Below, piece after piece: positions 1 to 9,004 of a stretch of 62,569 bases of DNA. Below the pieces are notes generated by a model. It saw only the letters and a list, made by a program, of their open reading frames with translations, made no database searches and was not told the origin of the DNA. Every line of letters begins with the position of its first letter. Within the stretch, counting starts at the first letter, position 1. The stretch spans positions 1 through 62,569 of the forward strand of contig DAIPJJ010000002.1 of NCBI GenBank assembly GCA_036770325.1, read 5' to 3'. Position numbers and translations under genes: made by a program. Origin of the DNA: Terriglobales bacterium (lineage in GTDB: Bacteria; Acidobacteriota; Terriglobia; Terriglobales; Acidobacteriaceae).

Positions 1-149
1 CGTCTCTAACCATTACGGGAACTATCGGCGGGCTGCCGGTGAGCGGCACGGTGCCAGTGCAGTAGGCACTGGATCCTGGGCAATTGAATTCGGCCGCGAG
101 CCTATTCTTCGCCGCGTGCAGCAGAATCGTAAGAGGGTGGATGTTAACT

Positions 150-215
150 TGAGAGCATTGTGCTTTTCGTCTGGAAACAGCAGGTTCCTCACCGCTAAAG
201 CGGTTCGGAATGACA
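150..215 (-). repeat. partial copy of MITE-like family A element (terminal motif TGTCATTCCGA)
   Basis: The reverse complement starts tgtcattccgaaccgctttagcggtgaggaacctgct. This parallels the left end of the 21462-21597 element (tgtcattccgaggcgtttcgcttgcgaaacaacgaggaacctgct). The inner boundary is uncertain. Confidence 0.55.
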
Positions 216-236
216 TCAATATAAAGGCGAATTTGA

Positions 237-260
237 CACGACTGAAGTCGTGCCCTTCCC
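237..260. repeat. family B hairpin repeat (cacgac-tgaa-gtcgtg + cccttccc)
   Basis: The 24-nt string cacgactgaagtcgtgcccttccc is identical to 55504-55527 and is the exact reverse complement of 53956-53979. It forms a 6-bp stem with a 4-nt loop. Confidence 0.8.
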
Positions 261-394
261 AGGCCTGCTCGCATTCAATTTTGCCGTGATCCGCTCTGCG
301 GTTCGCGATCCGCCCCGTTTGACCTTAACCTCTTGCAGCGATTAGGATTTCCCTTTGTCCCCGCAGTCCAACTAAATTCTGAGCGAGGAGCCAC

Positions 395-640
395 ATGGCA
401 GCCGTTGATGAAAAAGTGAAGCAGATTATCGTGGAACAACTGGGAGTGGACGAAGGCGAAGTAACCCCTACCGCTTCGTTCGTGGACGACCTGGGCGCCG
501 ACTCGCTGGACACCGTCGAACTCGTCATGGCATTCGAAGAAGCTTTCGAAATCGAGATACCCGATGAGGACGCGGAGAAGATCCGCACCGTGCAGGACGC
601 CATCGACTACATCGGCAAGCACGCGAAAGCGGGGAAGTAA
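395..640 (+). CDS. acpP: acyl carrier protein
   Basis: 81-aa ORF with the phosphopantetheine-attachment motif [12 protein letters not shown]. It is followed 3 nt later by fabF, the conserved acpP-fabF arrangement. Confidence 0.97.
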   Translation: MAAVDEKVKQIIVEQLGVDEGEVTPTASFVDDLGADSLDTVELVMAFEEAFEIEIPDEDAEKIRTVQDAIDYIGKHAKAGK

Positions 641-643
641 CGG

Positions 644-1879
644 GTGCGGCGAGTTGTCGTCACCGGACTTGGCCTGATCTGCGCGCTCGGCAATAAAACT
701 GAAGAAGTCTGGCGGAACCTTCTGGCCGGAAAGAGCGGCGTTGGGCGAATCACGCAGTTCGATGCGTCGAAACACGCCTGCCAGATCGCGGCCGAAGTCA
801 AGAATTTCGACCCCCTGCAGTTCATCGAGAAAAAAGAAGTAAAGAAGATGGGGCGTTTCATCCACTTCGCCCTCGCCGCGGCGGAAGAGGCGATGTGTAC
901 GTCAGGCCTGAAGGTCACTCCGGAAAACGCCGAAATGGTCGGCGTGCATATCGGGTCGGGCATTGGCGGGTTCGACGTTATCGAGCGCGAGCACACGGCG
1001 CTGATGGAAGGCGGCCCGCGCAAGATTTCTCCTTTCTTTATTCCGGCGGCAATTGTGAACCTCGCGGCGGGTCACGTGTCGATGCGTTTTGGCGCGAAAG
1101 GACCGAACGAAGCCACCGCGACCGCATGCACCACCAGCGCACATTCGGTCGGCGATTCGTTTCGAATCATTCAGCATGGCGATGCGGACGTGATGATTGC
1201 CGGCGGATCAGAAGCTGCGATCACGCCGATGGGCGTGGGCGGATTCGCCGCCATGCGCGCTTTGTCCACCAGAAACGACGAGCCGGAAAAATCGAGCCGC
1301 CCGTGGGATCGCGACCGCGATGGATTCGTGATCGGCGAAGGCGCGGGAATTCTAATCCTTGAAGAACTGGAGCATGCGAAAGCTCGTGGCGCCAAGCCAA
1401 TTGCAGAGATCGTGGGTTATGGAATGAGTGGTGATGCGTATCACATCACGCAGCCTGCGCCTGAGCACGAAGGCGGATTCCGGGTAATGAAAAACGCGGC
1501 GCGTGATGCCAAGATCAAGCCGACCGACATCGGATACGTGAACGCTCACGGGACGTCAACACCGATTGGCGACACGCTCGAAGCCCACGCGATTCGCAAT
1601 TTCTTTGGCGATCACAAAATCGCGGTCAGTTCCACCAAGTCGATGACCGGACACCTGCTCGGCGGCGCTGGCGGCCTTGAAGCAGGCGTGACTGTGCTCG
1701 CATTACGCGACCAAATTCTTCCGCCGACAATCAATCTCGAGAATCAGGACCCTGACACGGCAGGCATGGACTTCGTCCCTAACCAAGCGCGCAAAGCTTC
1801 GGTCGACTACGCGATGTCGAATTCCTTCGGCTTCGGCGGAACGAACGGCGCACTTCTGTTCAAGAAGTGGTCTGAGTAG
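644..1879 (+). CDS. fabF: beta-ketoacyl-ACP synthase II
   Basis: 411 aa with a GTG start. It has the active-site Cys context ATACTTS, the His motifs VNAHGTSTP and KSMTGHLLG, and the C-terminal NSFGFGGTN typical of KAS II. Confidence 0.95.
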   Translation: MRRVVVTGLGLICALGNKTEEVWRNLLAGKSGVGRITQFDASKHACQIAAEVKNFDPLQFIEKKEVKKMGRFIHFALAAAEEAMCTSGLKVTPENAEMVGVHIGSGIGGFDVIEREHTALMEGGPRKISPFFIPAAIVNLAAGHVSMRFGAKGPNEATATACTTSAHSVGDSFRIIQHGDADVMIAGGSEAAITPMGVGGFAAMRALSTRNDEPEKSSRPWDRDRDGFVIGEGAGILILEELEHAKARGAKPIAEIVGYGMSGDAYHITQPAPEHEGGFRVMKNAARDAKIKPTDIGYVNAHGTSTPIGDTLEAHAIRNFFGDHKIAVSSTKSMTGHLLGGAGGLEAGVTVLALRDQILPPTINLENQDPDTAGMDFVPNQARKASVDYAMSNSFGFGGTNGALLFKKWSE

Positions 1880-1930
1880 CTCCTAAACGAAGAGAAGAGT
1901 TTCTGTGCGAACTTCAATTCACCCTGCGAT

Positions 1931-1960
1931 CTCTGCGGTTAAAAGCCTGTAACCGCAGAG
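1931..1960. repeat. family C REP-like hairpin (ctctgcggtta / taaccgcagag)
   Basis: Perfect 11-bp inverted repeat with an 8-nt loop, lying between the convergent fabF and DUF892 genes. The same word family (tgcggttaa / ccgcagag, ccacagag, ccacggag variants) recurs at 32150-32240, 32735-32930, 36161-36224 and 49391-49487. It may also act as a bidirectional terminator. Confidence 0.7.
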
Positions 1961-2012
1961 CGCGCAGAGGACAGGCAAAGTTCGCCGAGAATGCTGCTGG
2001 CCAGTTTCAAAA

Positions 2013-2522
2013 TTATGCGGCGCGGCGCTCCTGAGCTGCGCTGGCGTTGATACGGCTTTCTCCAAGCTGCGTCAGTTTCGCGTCGGCGGCTTTTTCTTCC
2101 TGCAGAGTTTGTTGCAGCAATTGCACGGCATCCCGGTATCCGAGTTGCTGAGCGAAGGAAACCAGCGTTCCGTAAATTGCCATTTCGTAGTGTTCGACCA
2201 GGTTGCCATTGACGATCAGGGCTGCGTCGCGGAGGCTGCCGTCTTCAACCTCGCTGATCGAATCCTTTACGGCGCTTGAAATTTCATCGAACACATCATT
2301 GTCTTCGGCCTTTGCGTCCAGGCCACAAATAGAGAACACCCGCTCCAGCCTGGACACATGATTTCTGGTCTCCTGCAAATGCTGCTCCAGGCCCTGACGG
2401 AGTTCAGGCGAATTCGCCGCCTCAATCATAGTTGGCAGGCCCTTTTTCACAAGTTGTTGTTCACAATCGTAAGCGTAGCGAAGTTCGATTTCGAAGAGAT
2501 CGCGAAAGCTCTCAACCTTCAT
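2013..2522 (-). CDS. ferritin-like DUF892 (YciE/YciF family) protein
   Basis: 169-aa ORF. The overall pattern (LRYAYDCEQQL ... EHYEMAIYGTL) matches the four-helix YciE/YciF stress-protein family as I recognise it. An AT-rich upstream region and the SD aaaggag precede the ATG. Confidence 0.8.
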   Translation of the reverse strand: MKVESFRDLFEIELRYAYDCEQQLVKKGLPTMIEAANSPELRQGLEQHLQETRNHVSRLERVFSICGLDAKAEDNDVFDEISSAVKDSISEVEDGSLRDAALIVNGNLVEHYEMAIYGTLVSFAQQLGYRDAVQLLQQTLQEEKAADAKLTQLGESRINASAAQERRAA

Positions 2523-2657
2523 TTCGGCTCCTTTTTTTATTTGGTTTGAATTAATGATGATTATTTGACCAAGCGCGGTTGCGCTATGAGCACAGGAAAT
2601 CGCAAGCTGCGGGTCTGCTCGGGCGGTTTTCAGAAAAGATGGTGAACGGCTGGAAAA

Positions 2658-3356
2658 TTAGAGCGCAGCGGCAGTGCTGGTTCCGGCAGCGGCGAAAACG
2701 TCTTCTGCTTCTTGCTCTGCGAGCGGAATGAAGGCTTGGACGACGTCAAGATCAAACTGGGTTCCCGAACTCTCGAGCAGCCGCCGCACGGCTTCTGCAT
2801 GAGGCAGGCCTTTGCGGTAGCAGCGGTTTGAAACCATGGCATCATAGGCATCGATGACACACACGATGCGAGAGACCAGCGGAATATCGGATCCCTTCAG
2901 CTTTGCGGGATATCCACTGCCATCGACACTCTCGTGGTGATGCAGCGTGTAAAGGCTGGCATCTTCAAGCCCGGGCAGCAGGCGCAAAATCGACCAACTG
3001 TATTCTGAGTGCCGATTGATGACAGCGCGCTCGTCGGGCGTGAGGGGCCCTTGCTTTTTCAGTATCGCATCCGGCACGCCCACTTTGCCGATATCGTGCA
3101 GCAATGCCGCTACTTCCACCTGATACATGTGCTCTTCGGGAATATTCAGCTTGCGTGCGACACGCAGCGCCCATTCAGCGAGGCGCGTACTGTGCACGCC
3201 GGTGCTGATGTCTTTAAGGTCGAGAAGCTGATTGAACGCGCACACCAGGGAGTTGCGAAACGCAGACTGCTGCTCCTCGAGTTCTTTCACTCGAAAGAGC
3301 AGCAGTCCGGAATCAGCAAGTACAGTGTTAAGCGTTGCGCTCATTGTTGAGAACAA
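2658..3356 (-). CDS. HD-GYP domain protein (putative c-di-GMP phosphodiesterase)
   Basis: 232 aa with HDIGK and HHESVDGSGYP motifs. It starts 4 nt downstream of the subtilase stop. Confidence 0.85.
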   Translation of the reverse strand: MFSTMSATLNTVLADSGLLLFRVKELEEQQSAFRNSLVCAFNQLLDLKDISTGVHSTRLAEWALRVARKLNIPEEHMYQVEVAALLHDIGKVGVPDAILKKQGPLTPDERAVINRHSEYSWSILRLLPGLEDASLYTLHHHESVDGSGYPAKLKGSDIPLVSRIVCVIDAYDAMVSNRCYRKGLPHAEAVRRLLESSGTQFDLDVVQAFIPLAEQEAEDVFAAAGTSTAAAL

Positions 3357-3360
3357 TGGG

Positions 3361-4695
3361 TCACAGCAATCCGTGGCAGGATTTCACCGCGGAGTAGGAG
3401 TCCAACCGTCCCCAACCCAACTGCGGGTTGAAGATGGCGTCGGCGTGCGCCAGACCGGAGGCGACTTTCGTAGAAGAGCAGCCGCCGTTGTTCCCGAGCA
3501 TCAGAGCAGCCGTACCAGCGACGAAAGGTGTGCTGAATGACGTGCCCCAGCCCGCGGCGTAGGTTCCCGACGGATACAGCGTCATGATGCCTTCGCCAGG
3601 CGCCGCCATGAATACCGGCGGGTTGCCATAGTTGGTGAACGTGGACTGAATGTCCTGGTCTGAAGTGGAAGCGATGTTGATCACGCCAGGCAAAGCGCCG
3701 GGATAGACCTTCTCGTATTTCCCATCGTTACCGGCTGAAGCGACTGCGACCACGCCCTTGCTCTGGGCATAACTTACGGCCGAGGCAAGTTCGCTCGAGT
3801 AGCTCGGGAAATCCCAGCTCATGTTCAGGACCTTCGCGCCGTTTTGCGTTGCGTAGTAGATTGCGCGCAGAATGTCAGACTCGTAGCCTGAACCGTCGGC
3901 AGAAAATGCCTTCAATGGCATGATCTTCGCCTGCGGAGCTACCAGGTGAACGATGCCTGCGGTCATGGTGCCATGGCCGAAAGCGGTGTAATTTCCGCCA
4001 TCGAGCACCGCGACCGTGCGCTGGTCGAGAACTGCGATGGTCCGCTGGTTTACGTAGCCGGCCTGCGCATCGGACGGATCAGATGAAACATTGACGTCCG
4101 CATTCTCGGATCCGCCGCTCACGTTGCGCGTAAAGTCGTAGCCGTTGACCAGAACTCCGCGCAGCGCCGGATGGTTCGGATCGACGCCGGTGTCGATCAC
4201 CGCCACGGTCACTCCCGAACCAGTAACTCCCCACGAAGACTGCGTAAAGCTGCTGCTGACCAACTGGTTCCCGGGCTGCACCAGATATCCATGCCATACC
4301 GGGTTTCCGTAATAGGAGGTCAGAGTCTTGTCCGTCAGGTACGACGGCATCCCGCCCGCATTCGGCTGCTTCGCAGTAACCGTCTGGTCAACCTCAACAG
4401 ATAGAATGCCCAGCACATTGACGTTCAGCTTGAGCAGCGCGGTCAGCGGATTGAGAATTCTTGGAAATGTAACCACGAAGAGCTGACCTTGCGGATCACC
4501 TAAGCTGTTTCCCACCTTGCAGCCCAGTAACAGGCAGGTAATCCTAAGTCCAGACAAGCCGAGTGAGTCGCGAACGATCAGGCGGCTTTGTGCTTCCGCC
4601 TGCTGCGCGAGCATCGGCATCACCATGAGCACCATGCACATTAATGCGCGCCGGGCCCTGGATTTCAAATTTTCGATTGTGAAATTCGTCTTCAT
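3361..4695 (-). CDS. secreted S8 family serine peptidase (subtilase)
   Basis: 444 aa with an N-terminal signal-like segment. The catalytic triad contexts are AVIDTGVD, HGTMTAG and GTSFSTPFVAG. Confidence 0.9.
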   Translation of the reverse strand: MKTNFTIENLKSRARRALMCMVLMVMPMLAQQAEAQSRLIVRDSLGLSGLRITCLLLGCKVGNSLGDPQGQLFVVTFPRILNPLTALLKLNVNVLGILSVEVDQTVTAKQPNAGGMPSYLTDKTLTSYYGNPVWHGYLVQPGNQLVSSSFTQSSWGVTGSGVTVAVIDTGVDPNHPALRGVLVNGYDFTRNVSGGSENADVNVSSDPSDAQAGYVNQRTIAVLDQRTVAVLDGGNYTAFGHGTMTAGIVHLVAPQAKIMPLKAFSADGSGYESDILRAIYYATQNGAKVLNMSWDFPSYSSELASAVSYAQSKGVVAVASAGNDGKYEKVYPGALPGVINIASTSDQDIQSTFTNYGNPPVFMAAPGEGIMTLYPSGTYAAGWGTSFSTPFVAGTAALMLGNNGGCSSTKVASGLAHADAIFNPQLGWGRLDSYSAVKSCHGLL

Positions 4696-4779
4696 TTTCC
4701 CCTGCTCCCCAACTTCGGGGCGGTTCCGAAAGTCTAAGTTCTTGCCGTCCCCTTAGCTACTTACACCTGTAATACCGTG

Positions 4780-5424
4780 CTAGTTACTGTCGTTGGAGGC
4801 GCTATCGCCCCCTTCATGCTTTAGACTCGCAAGGGGGATGCGAATCAGTGCCCTTCCAACTACTTGAATCGAAAGCCTCAGGTTGTGCTGCGGCTCAAGC
4901 TCCAGATTGAACTCGCCGAAGGCGTTCGTCCTGGTTTCAGCCAGCGCCATGCCCTTTGCCGTCCATAAAATCACCGGAGAATTCTCCACCGCAGCCCGTG
5001 GCACCCGTCTATCCAACACCTGACCGGTAACAAAAATCGTTCTGGATAGCCCTGGCCCGTCGAACCGTAAATCGACGGCAAGCCCGTCGGCTTCAAACAC
5101 CATTTGCCGGGCCGCCGCAGCGGCCGAGCGAACTCCAGCAAGTGCGGGCCGCGCCAGTGTGTCAAACACCAGCTTTGCGAGCACCGGCTGCTTACTCTTC
5201 TCGAACGAGTGCGCGGCAAACTCCAGCTTCGCCATCCGGACGGCATTAATCGGGGGAGCGTAATTACTCTCGCGCAGCGCTATCGCGTGCACCCGTTGCC
5301 AAGTGTCGCGGACGATTGCGCAATGGTTGCATCCACTGGCAAGGTGTGACTCTATGTCCTTGCGCTCAGAGTTGCCGATTCCACGAACGAAATCAGCCCA
5401 GGCTTGCTCCGAAAAATGCTCCAT
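4780..5424 (-). CDS. TM-less protein with an N-terminal ZAS-like Cys/His motif (putative soluble anti-sigma factor) and a beta-sandwich-like C-terminus
   Basis: 214 aa. The N-terminus WADFVRG...HLASGCNHC resembles zf-HC2 anti-sigma factors (H-x4-C-x2-C). The C-terminal VTGQVLD...AFGEFNLEL resembles a carboxypeptidase-regulatory-like fold. There is no hydrophobic span. The function is an inference. Confidence 0.5.
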   Translation of the reverse strand: MEHFSEQAWADFVRGIGNSERKDIESHLASGCNHCAIVRDTWQRVHAIALRESNYAPPINAVRMAKLEFAAHSFEKSKQPVLAKLVFDTLARPALAGVRSAAAAARQMVFEADGLAVDLRFDGPGLSRTIFVTGQVLDRRVPRAAVENSPVILWTAKGMALAETRTNAFGEFNLELEPQHNLRLSIQVVGRALIRIPLASLKHEGGDSASNDSN

Positions 5425-5550
5425 TCTTAACCCTCACAGTTTTGTTGTGTACGGCGAATGCGGCTACCGTCCAACGCGAGTGTGTTCGCTTTCTATTCAT
5501 AAAGGGACGTCAAGGGGAGAAAAAATATAGGGGAGTAACAAAAAAACAGC

Positions 5551-8412
5551 TTACCCCTTTCCTATCAATAAGAAAGGAGCCCAGTAATAGGGATGCGGGC
5601 ACTTTTCGCGCAACTTCAGCATGGCGTTTCGCAGAGAGACCGCTTTTGAGCCGCCAGTCTGCAAGCCTGAGTAAAAGGCGATCATGAACTCTTTAGTGCT
5701 GGCGTCATGAACGTCCCAAAGACTCAAGATCATCGATTGCGCACCTGCCTGCAGTAAGCCGCGGACGAGCCCGATCTGCTCGTCTCCCGGCTTGACGACG
5801 TTCAGTCCGGTCGCGCACCCGCTCAGTACGACCAGTTCGGCCGGCAGCGTCAGGTGGTACAGGTCGTACAGGCTGAGGTACGAGTCGCCCAGGCGGATCG
5901 AGGAAAACATCGGATTGTCCTGGCGAAAGTAGCCGTGCGTGGCGATGTGGACGATCCGGCTCTTCGGCCCGTGCTCTTCAAGAGCGGCCTGGGTTGCGTT
6001 CTCGCCAATGAACAAGCGCGCGTTCGGCAGAATATTTTTTAGCGCAGCCACTTCATCGAGAATGGAGGGCGCCTGCGCGTCGGCAATCCCCATGATCAGG
6101 GATTCGCTCGACGAGTTCCCCGGCTGCGACTGGCACATGGCGTAAATGCTCGCGCTCGGGGCGTAAGAGATGGAGAACTTGTCGATCACGTAGTTCTCGC
6201 CGTCGTGCAGCGCGTGCATGGGAACGTAGTGCAGGAGGCCGTGCGGAACAAACACGAGGTGGCGCGCGTTGAGAGAGTTCTGCAAAGGCGCAAGCAGCTC
6301 CTGATACAGGTTCTTCAGGTGCGCCTGGGTCGATTCGAGCAGCGAGTCCTGGAACATGTTCACGTATTGCGGGTCGAGGCGGAATTTCGAGAGCTGAAAT
6401 TGCAGAAGCTGAAGCATCTTCTGCACTCGCGACTGGAGGGTCACCGGAAAGACTTGCAGGCCGTCTCGGCTAAGAACGCATGCCAGCACGCGGTCCTGAA
6501 CGCAGAAGTATTCGACGAGAATTGTTTCGTCCGGCAGGGCAGTGCGAATCTCTTCGATCGAAACACTGGCTGGCGCGCGCTGCAGGCCGGCTTGATTGAT
6601 TTCGAGGTCAGTCGCTTCCTGCAATGAGCGGAGCAGCTCGGTCTCGCGTGCCTTCGCCTGCTGTTCGAGATTTTCGATTCGAGCGGGCGAGTTCTCTTCT
6701 GGCCGCAGTTGCTCGCGCTCGATTAAGTTGTAGTACCAGTTCAACTCCTCCCGAAGGTTGCGGATGGAGCGCACCAGCTCGCTTTGTCCGGCATCAGCGT
6801 CAGAAGCCGTATGCACTGGCTGCGAGAGCAGTTCCATCAGGCTGCGCGATTTCGCCTGCTCCATGTAACCGAACGCTTCTTCGAGAGAATTCGGTCGGCG
6901 CAGACAGAGATCGACGAGCTGCTCGTAAACTTCGAGCTTGTTATTGAAGAATGCGATTTTCAGCTCCTCGCCGCGAAGGCTTCCGCGCAGGGTTTCGAGC
7001 GACGCCCGCGCCCGCGAGTAGGCTTGGTAGGCGGCATCCTGATTGCCCGTGCTGCGCTCGATTTCTGCGAGCAGGAACTCAGCGTCGTAAGTGAGAATGG
7101 GTGATTCGAGCGCTGCCGACTTCTCAAGCGCGGCCCGGCAACGCTCACGCGCCGCATTCCGGTCATTCATGCGGAACGCAATTCGCGCGAGTAGCAACTC
7201 GGCCAGAACGGCTTTCCTCTTCAGCGTGGATTTCGCGAAGAATTCGTGTGCGCTGGTGCAGAGCTGGCGGGCCTCGAACAAACGGCCTTCATTCAGCAGC
7301 ACGAGTGACTTGTACAAATCAATCAGCGAAGGCCAGACCAGGTTGTTATCGCGGACGAACATTTCCTTGGCTTCTGTGAAGAGCTTCAGTCCTTCAAAAG
7401 CCTGGCCGAGACGGCTGGCCGCGATTGCTGCGAACGCCAGTGCTTTCGCACCTTCGTATCCAAAACCGAGACGCTGGAAGCCGTCGTGTGCTTTGTGGGC
7501 GAGTTCCACAGCTTCCGCGCTCAGGTTCACTTCGATGTAGATTTCCGAGAGGTCCAGATCGCAGAGCGCAAGCTGGTAGGCATCGCGTGCATTTCGCGCA
7601 CTTGACGCTGCCTCGCGCAGCATCTTGATCGCCCGTCCATACTCGCCGCGTAAGAAATAAAGGTAAGCGATGTTGTAGTCGGCATACGCGACCAGGATCG
7701 GCATGCCTTTCTTTTCGCAGTATTCCCGAGCCTTCTGGTGGAATTCGAGCGCTCGCGGAAAGTCGTTCAGGAAAATGCAGCAGAGCGCAAGATTGCTGAG
7801 CACCGCGGCGAGACCTTCCGCGTCATCGCGCGTAACCAGATCGTCGTATGCCCGCTGGTAGTGCTGAAGCGCATCGGCGAACCTGTCCTGTCGCTGGTAG
7901 ATATTTCCGATGTTGATTTCAAGGCGCGCCAGCCGCCATTCATTGCCCTGCTCAGAAAAAATTTTCCGGGCGCGTTCGGCTGCCGCCAGGGCTTCGTCGT
8001 AGCGACCAAGCAATAAGTAGGGTTGGATCGATCCGCTTAGTGTCCTCGCCAGTTCGTTCTTTTCACCAACTTGATCAAAGAGCGCCGCCGCGCTGCGGTG
8101 CATTTCGATCGCGGCCGCGTGCTGGTCCATCGCGTACAGCGTGTTCGCCTTTGCGCGCTGGCTTCTCGCAAGCGCGACTTTGCTGCCGATTGCGTCGGCA
8201 ACGATCATCGCTATTTCGGCTATGCGCTGCGCATTCCCGATATTGACACTTATTTCCTGGCGGGCCTGGTCGGTCAGAGTGGAAACAACCGAGTCCCATT
8301 CGGCAAGGGGATGCTGTGCAATCAGCCCACGCAGGGCGGGCTCGTCACGCGCGGCAAGAAGCCTCGCGATCATCGCGTCGCACTCGGTCTGGGGGGCAGC
8401 TTTTGTGCTCAT
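5551..8412 (-). CDS. TPR-repeat CHAT-domain protein (caspase-like protease family)
   Basis: 953 aa. A long array of TPR-like helices is followed by a C-terminal CHAT domain with an intact His (IVHIATHGYF, codon 5935-5937) and Cys (VVLSGCATG, codon 5815-5817). Confidence 0.9.
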   Translation of the reverse strand: MSTKAAPQTECDAMIARLLAARDEPALRGLIAQHPLAEWDSVVSTLTDQARQEISVNIGNAQRIAEIAMIVADAIGSKVALARSQRAKANTLYAMDQHAAAIEMHRSAAALFDQVGEKNELARTLSGSIQPYLLLGRYDEALAAAERARKIFSEQGNEWRLARLEINIGNIYQRQDRFADALQHYQRAYDDLVTRDDAEGLAAVLSNLALCCIFLNDFPRALEFHQKAREYCEKKGMPILVAYADYNIAYLYFLRGEYGRAIKMLREAASSARNARDAYQLALCDLDLSEIYIEVNLSAEAVELAHKAHDGFQRLGFGYEGAKALAFAAIAASRLGQAFEGLKLFTEAKEMFVRDNNLVWPSLIDLYKSLVLLNEGRLFEARQLCTSAHEFFAKSTLKRKAVLAELLLARIAFRMNDRNAARERCRAALEKSAALESPILTYDAEFLLAEIERSTGNQDAAYQAYSRARASLETLRGSLRGEELKIAFFNNKLEVYEQLVDLCLRRPNSLEEAFGYMEQAKSRSLMELLSQPVHTASDADAGQSELVRSIRNLREELNWYYNLIEREQLRPEENSPARIENLEQQAKARETELLRSLQEATDLEINQAGLQRAPASVSIEEIRTALPDETILVEYFCVQDRVLACVLSRDGLQVFPVTLQSRVQKMLQLLQFQLSKFRLDPQYVNMFQDSLLESTQAHLKNLYQELLAPLQNSLNARHLVFVPHGLLHYVPMHALHDGENYVIDKFSISYAPSASIYAMCQSQPGNSSSESLIMGIADAQAPSILDEVAALKNILPNARLFIGENATQAALEEHGPKSRIVHIATHGYFRQDNPMFSSIRLGDSYLSLYDLYHLTLPAELVVLSGCATGLNVVKPGDEQIGLVRGLLQAGAQSMILSLWDVHDASTKEFMIAFYSGLQTGGSKAVSLRNAMLKLREKCPHPYYWAPFLLIGKG

Positions 8413-8413
8413 G

Positions 8414-9004
8414 TCAGAATCCCAGTTTTTCGAGCTGTTTTCTCAGCTTCTGAAGACAGCGCCCGCGAATGAATCCGATGGATCCGGTCGCGATACCCAG
8501 TTCCCGCGCAACGTCCTGATAGGGCCGGGGCGGGTTTTCGAAGAACAACATCTTCACCATCTGCTCGCAGCGGTCCGGCAATTGGGCGATTGAGTCCCGC
8601 ACCATCTGTTCTTTCTGGAGTTCCGCCAGCATGCGCTCGGGCAAGGGCTGGCCGGAGACGAGTGGCAAGTCCTCTCCTTTTTCGTCAGTCAGCGGCGAAG
8701 TTCGTTCTGCGCGCTTTCGATACTGCAGGCATTTGTGATAACTCGCCTGCATGATCCATTTGGGCAAAGCTTTCGGCTCGCGCAGCTTGGGAAGTCCGGT
8801 CAGCAGGTCGACGCAGACGGCTTGGAAAATATCGGCAGCATCGTCGTACATGCGAAGCTTGATGGGAACGGAGTAGATCAGGTTCTTGTACTTGTCGATC
8901 AGGGCCGACCAGGCCTCCTGATTGCCTTTCAGGCATTCAGAAACCAGGCGCTCGTCAGTCCATTGCGGCTGACGTTCCCGTTGCAGCTTGGCGGCAATCT
9001 TCAC
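8414..9004 (-). CDS. ECF-type RNA polymerase sigma-70 factor
   Basis: 196 aa with sigma-70 region 2 (AWSALIDKYKNLIYSV...DIFQ) and region 4 HTH (YQDVARELGIATGSIGFIRGRCLQKLR). The GTG start overlaps the SBP stop (GTGA). The stop lies 1 nt before the CHAT gene start. Confidence 0.88.
   Translation of the reverse strand: MKIAAKLQRERQPQWTDERLVSECLKGNQEAWSALIDKYKNLIYSVPIKLRMYDDAADIFQAVCVDLLTGLPKLREPKALPKWIMQASYHKCLQYRKRAERTSPLTDEKGEDLPLVSGQPLPERMLAELQKEQMVRDSIAQLPDRCEQMVKMLFFENPPRPYQDVARELGIATGSIGFIRGRCLQKLRKQLEKLGF

Noticed and set aside
3-65. Possible 3' end of an upstream + strand gene (frame 3 reads SLTITGTIGGLPVSGTVPVQ then stop)
   Set aside because: It is only 21 codons with no recognisable motif. 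It does not look like the fabG C-terminus expected upstream of acpP, and it cannot be supported from the window.
275-1023. Minus-strand ORFs 275-865 (196 aa) and 607-1023 (138 aa)
   Set aside because: They lie antisense to the unambiguous acpP and fabF genes. They are typical shadow ORFs of GC-rich DNA with low-complexity R/P/S-rich translations.
5425-5550. Possible sigma-70 promoter (TTGACG) in the CHAT / ZAS-like spacer
   Set aside because: No acceptable -10 hexamer lies at 16-18 nt spacing. The promoter cannot be supported by sequence alone.
5551-8412. TPR-CHAT protein as part of a type III-E CRISPR (Craspase-like) or other known defence system
   Set aside because: There is no CRISPR array, cas gene, cyclase or other defence-associated gene anywhere nearby. 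The neighbours are a sigma factor and a transporter, so a signalling role is more parsimonious.
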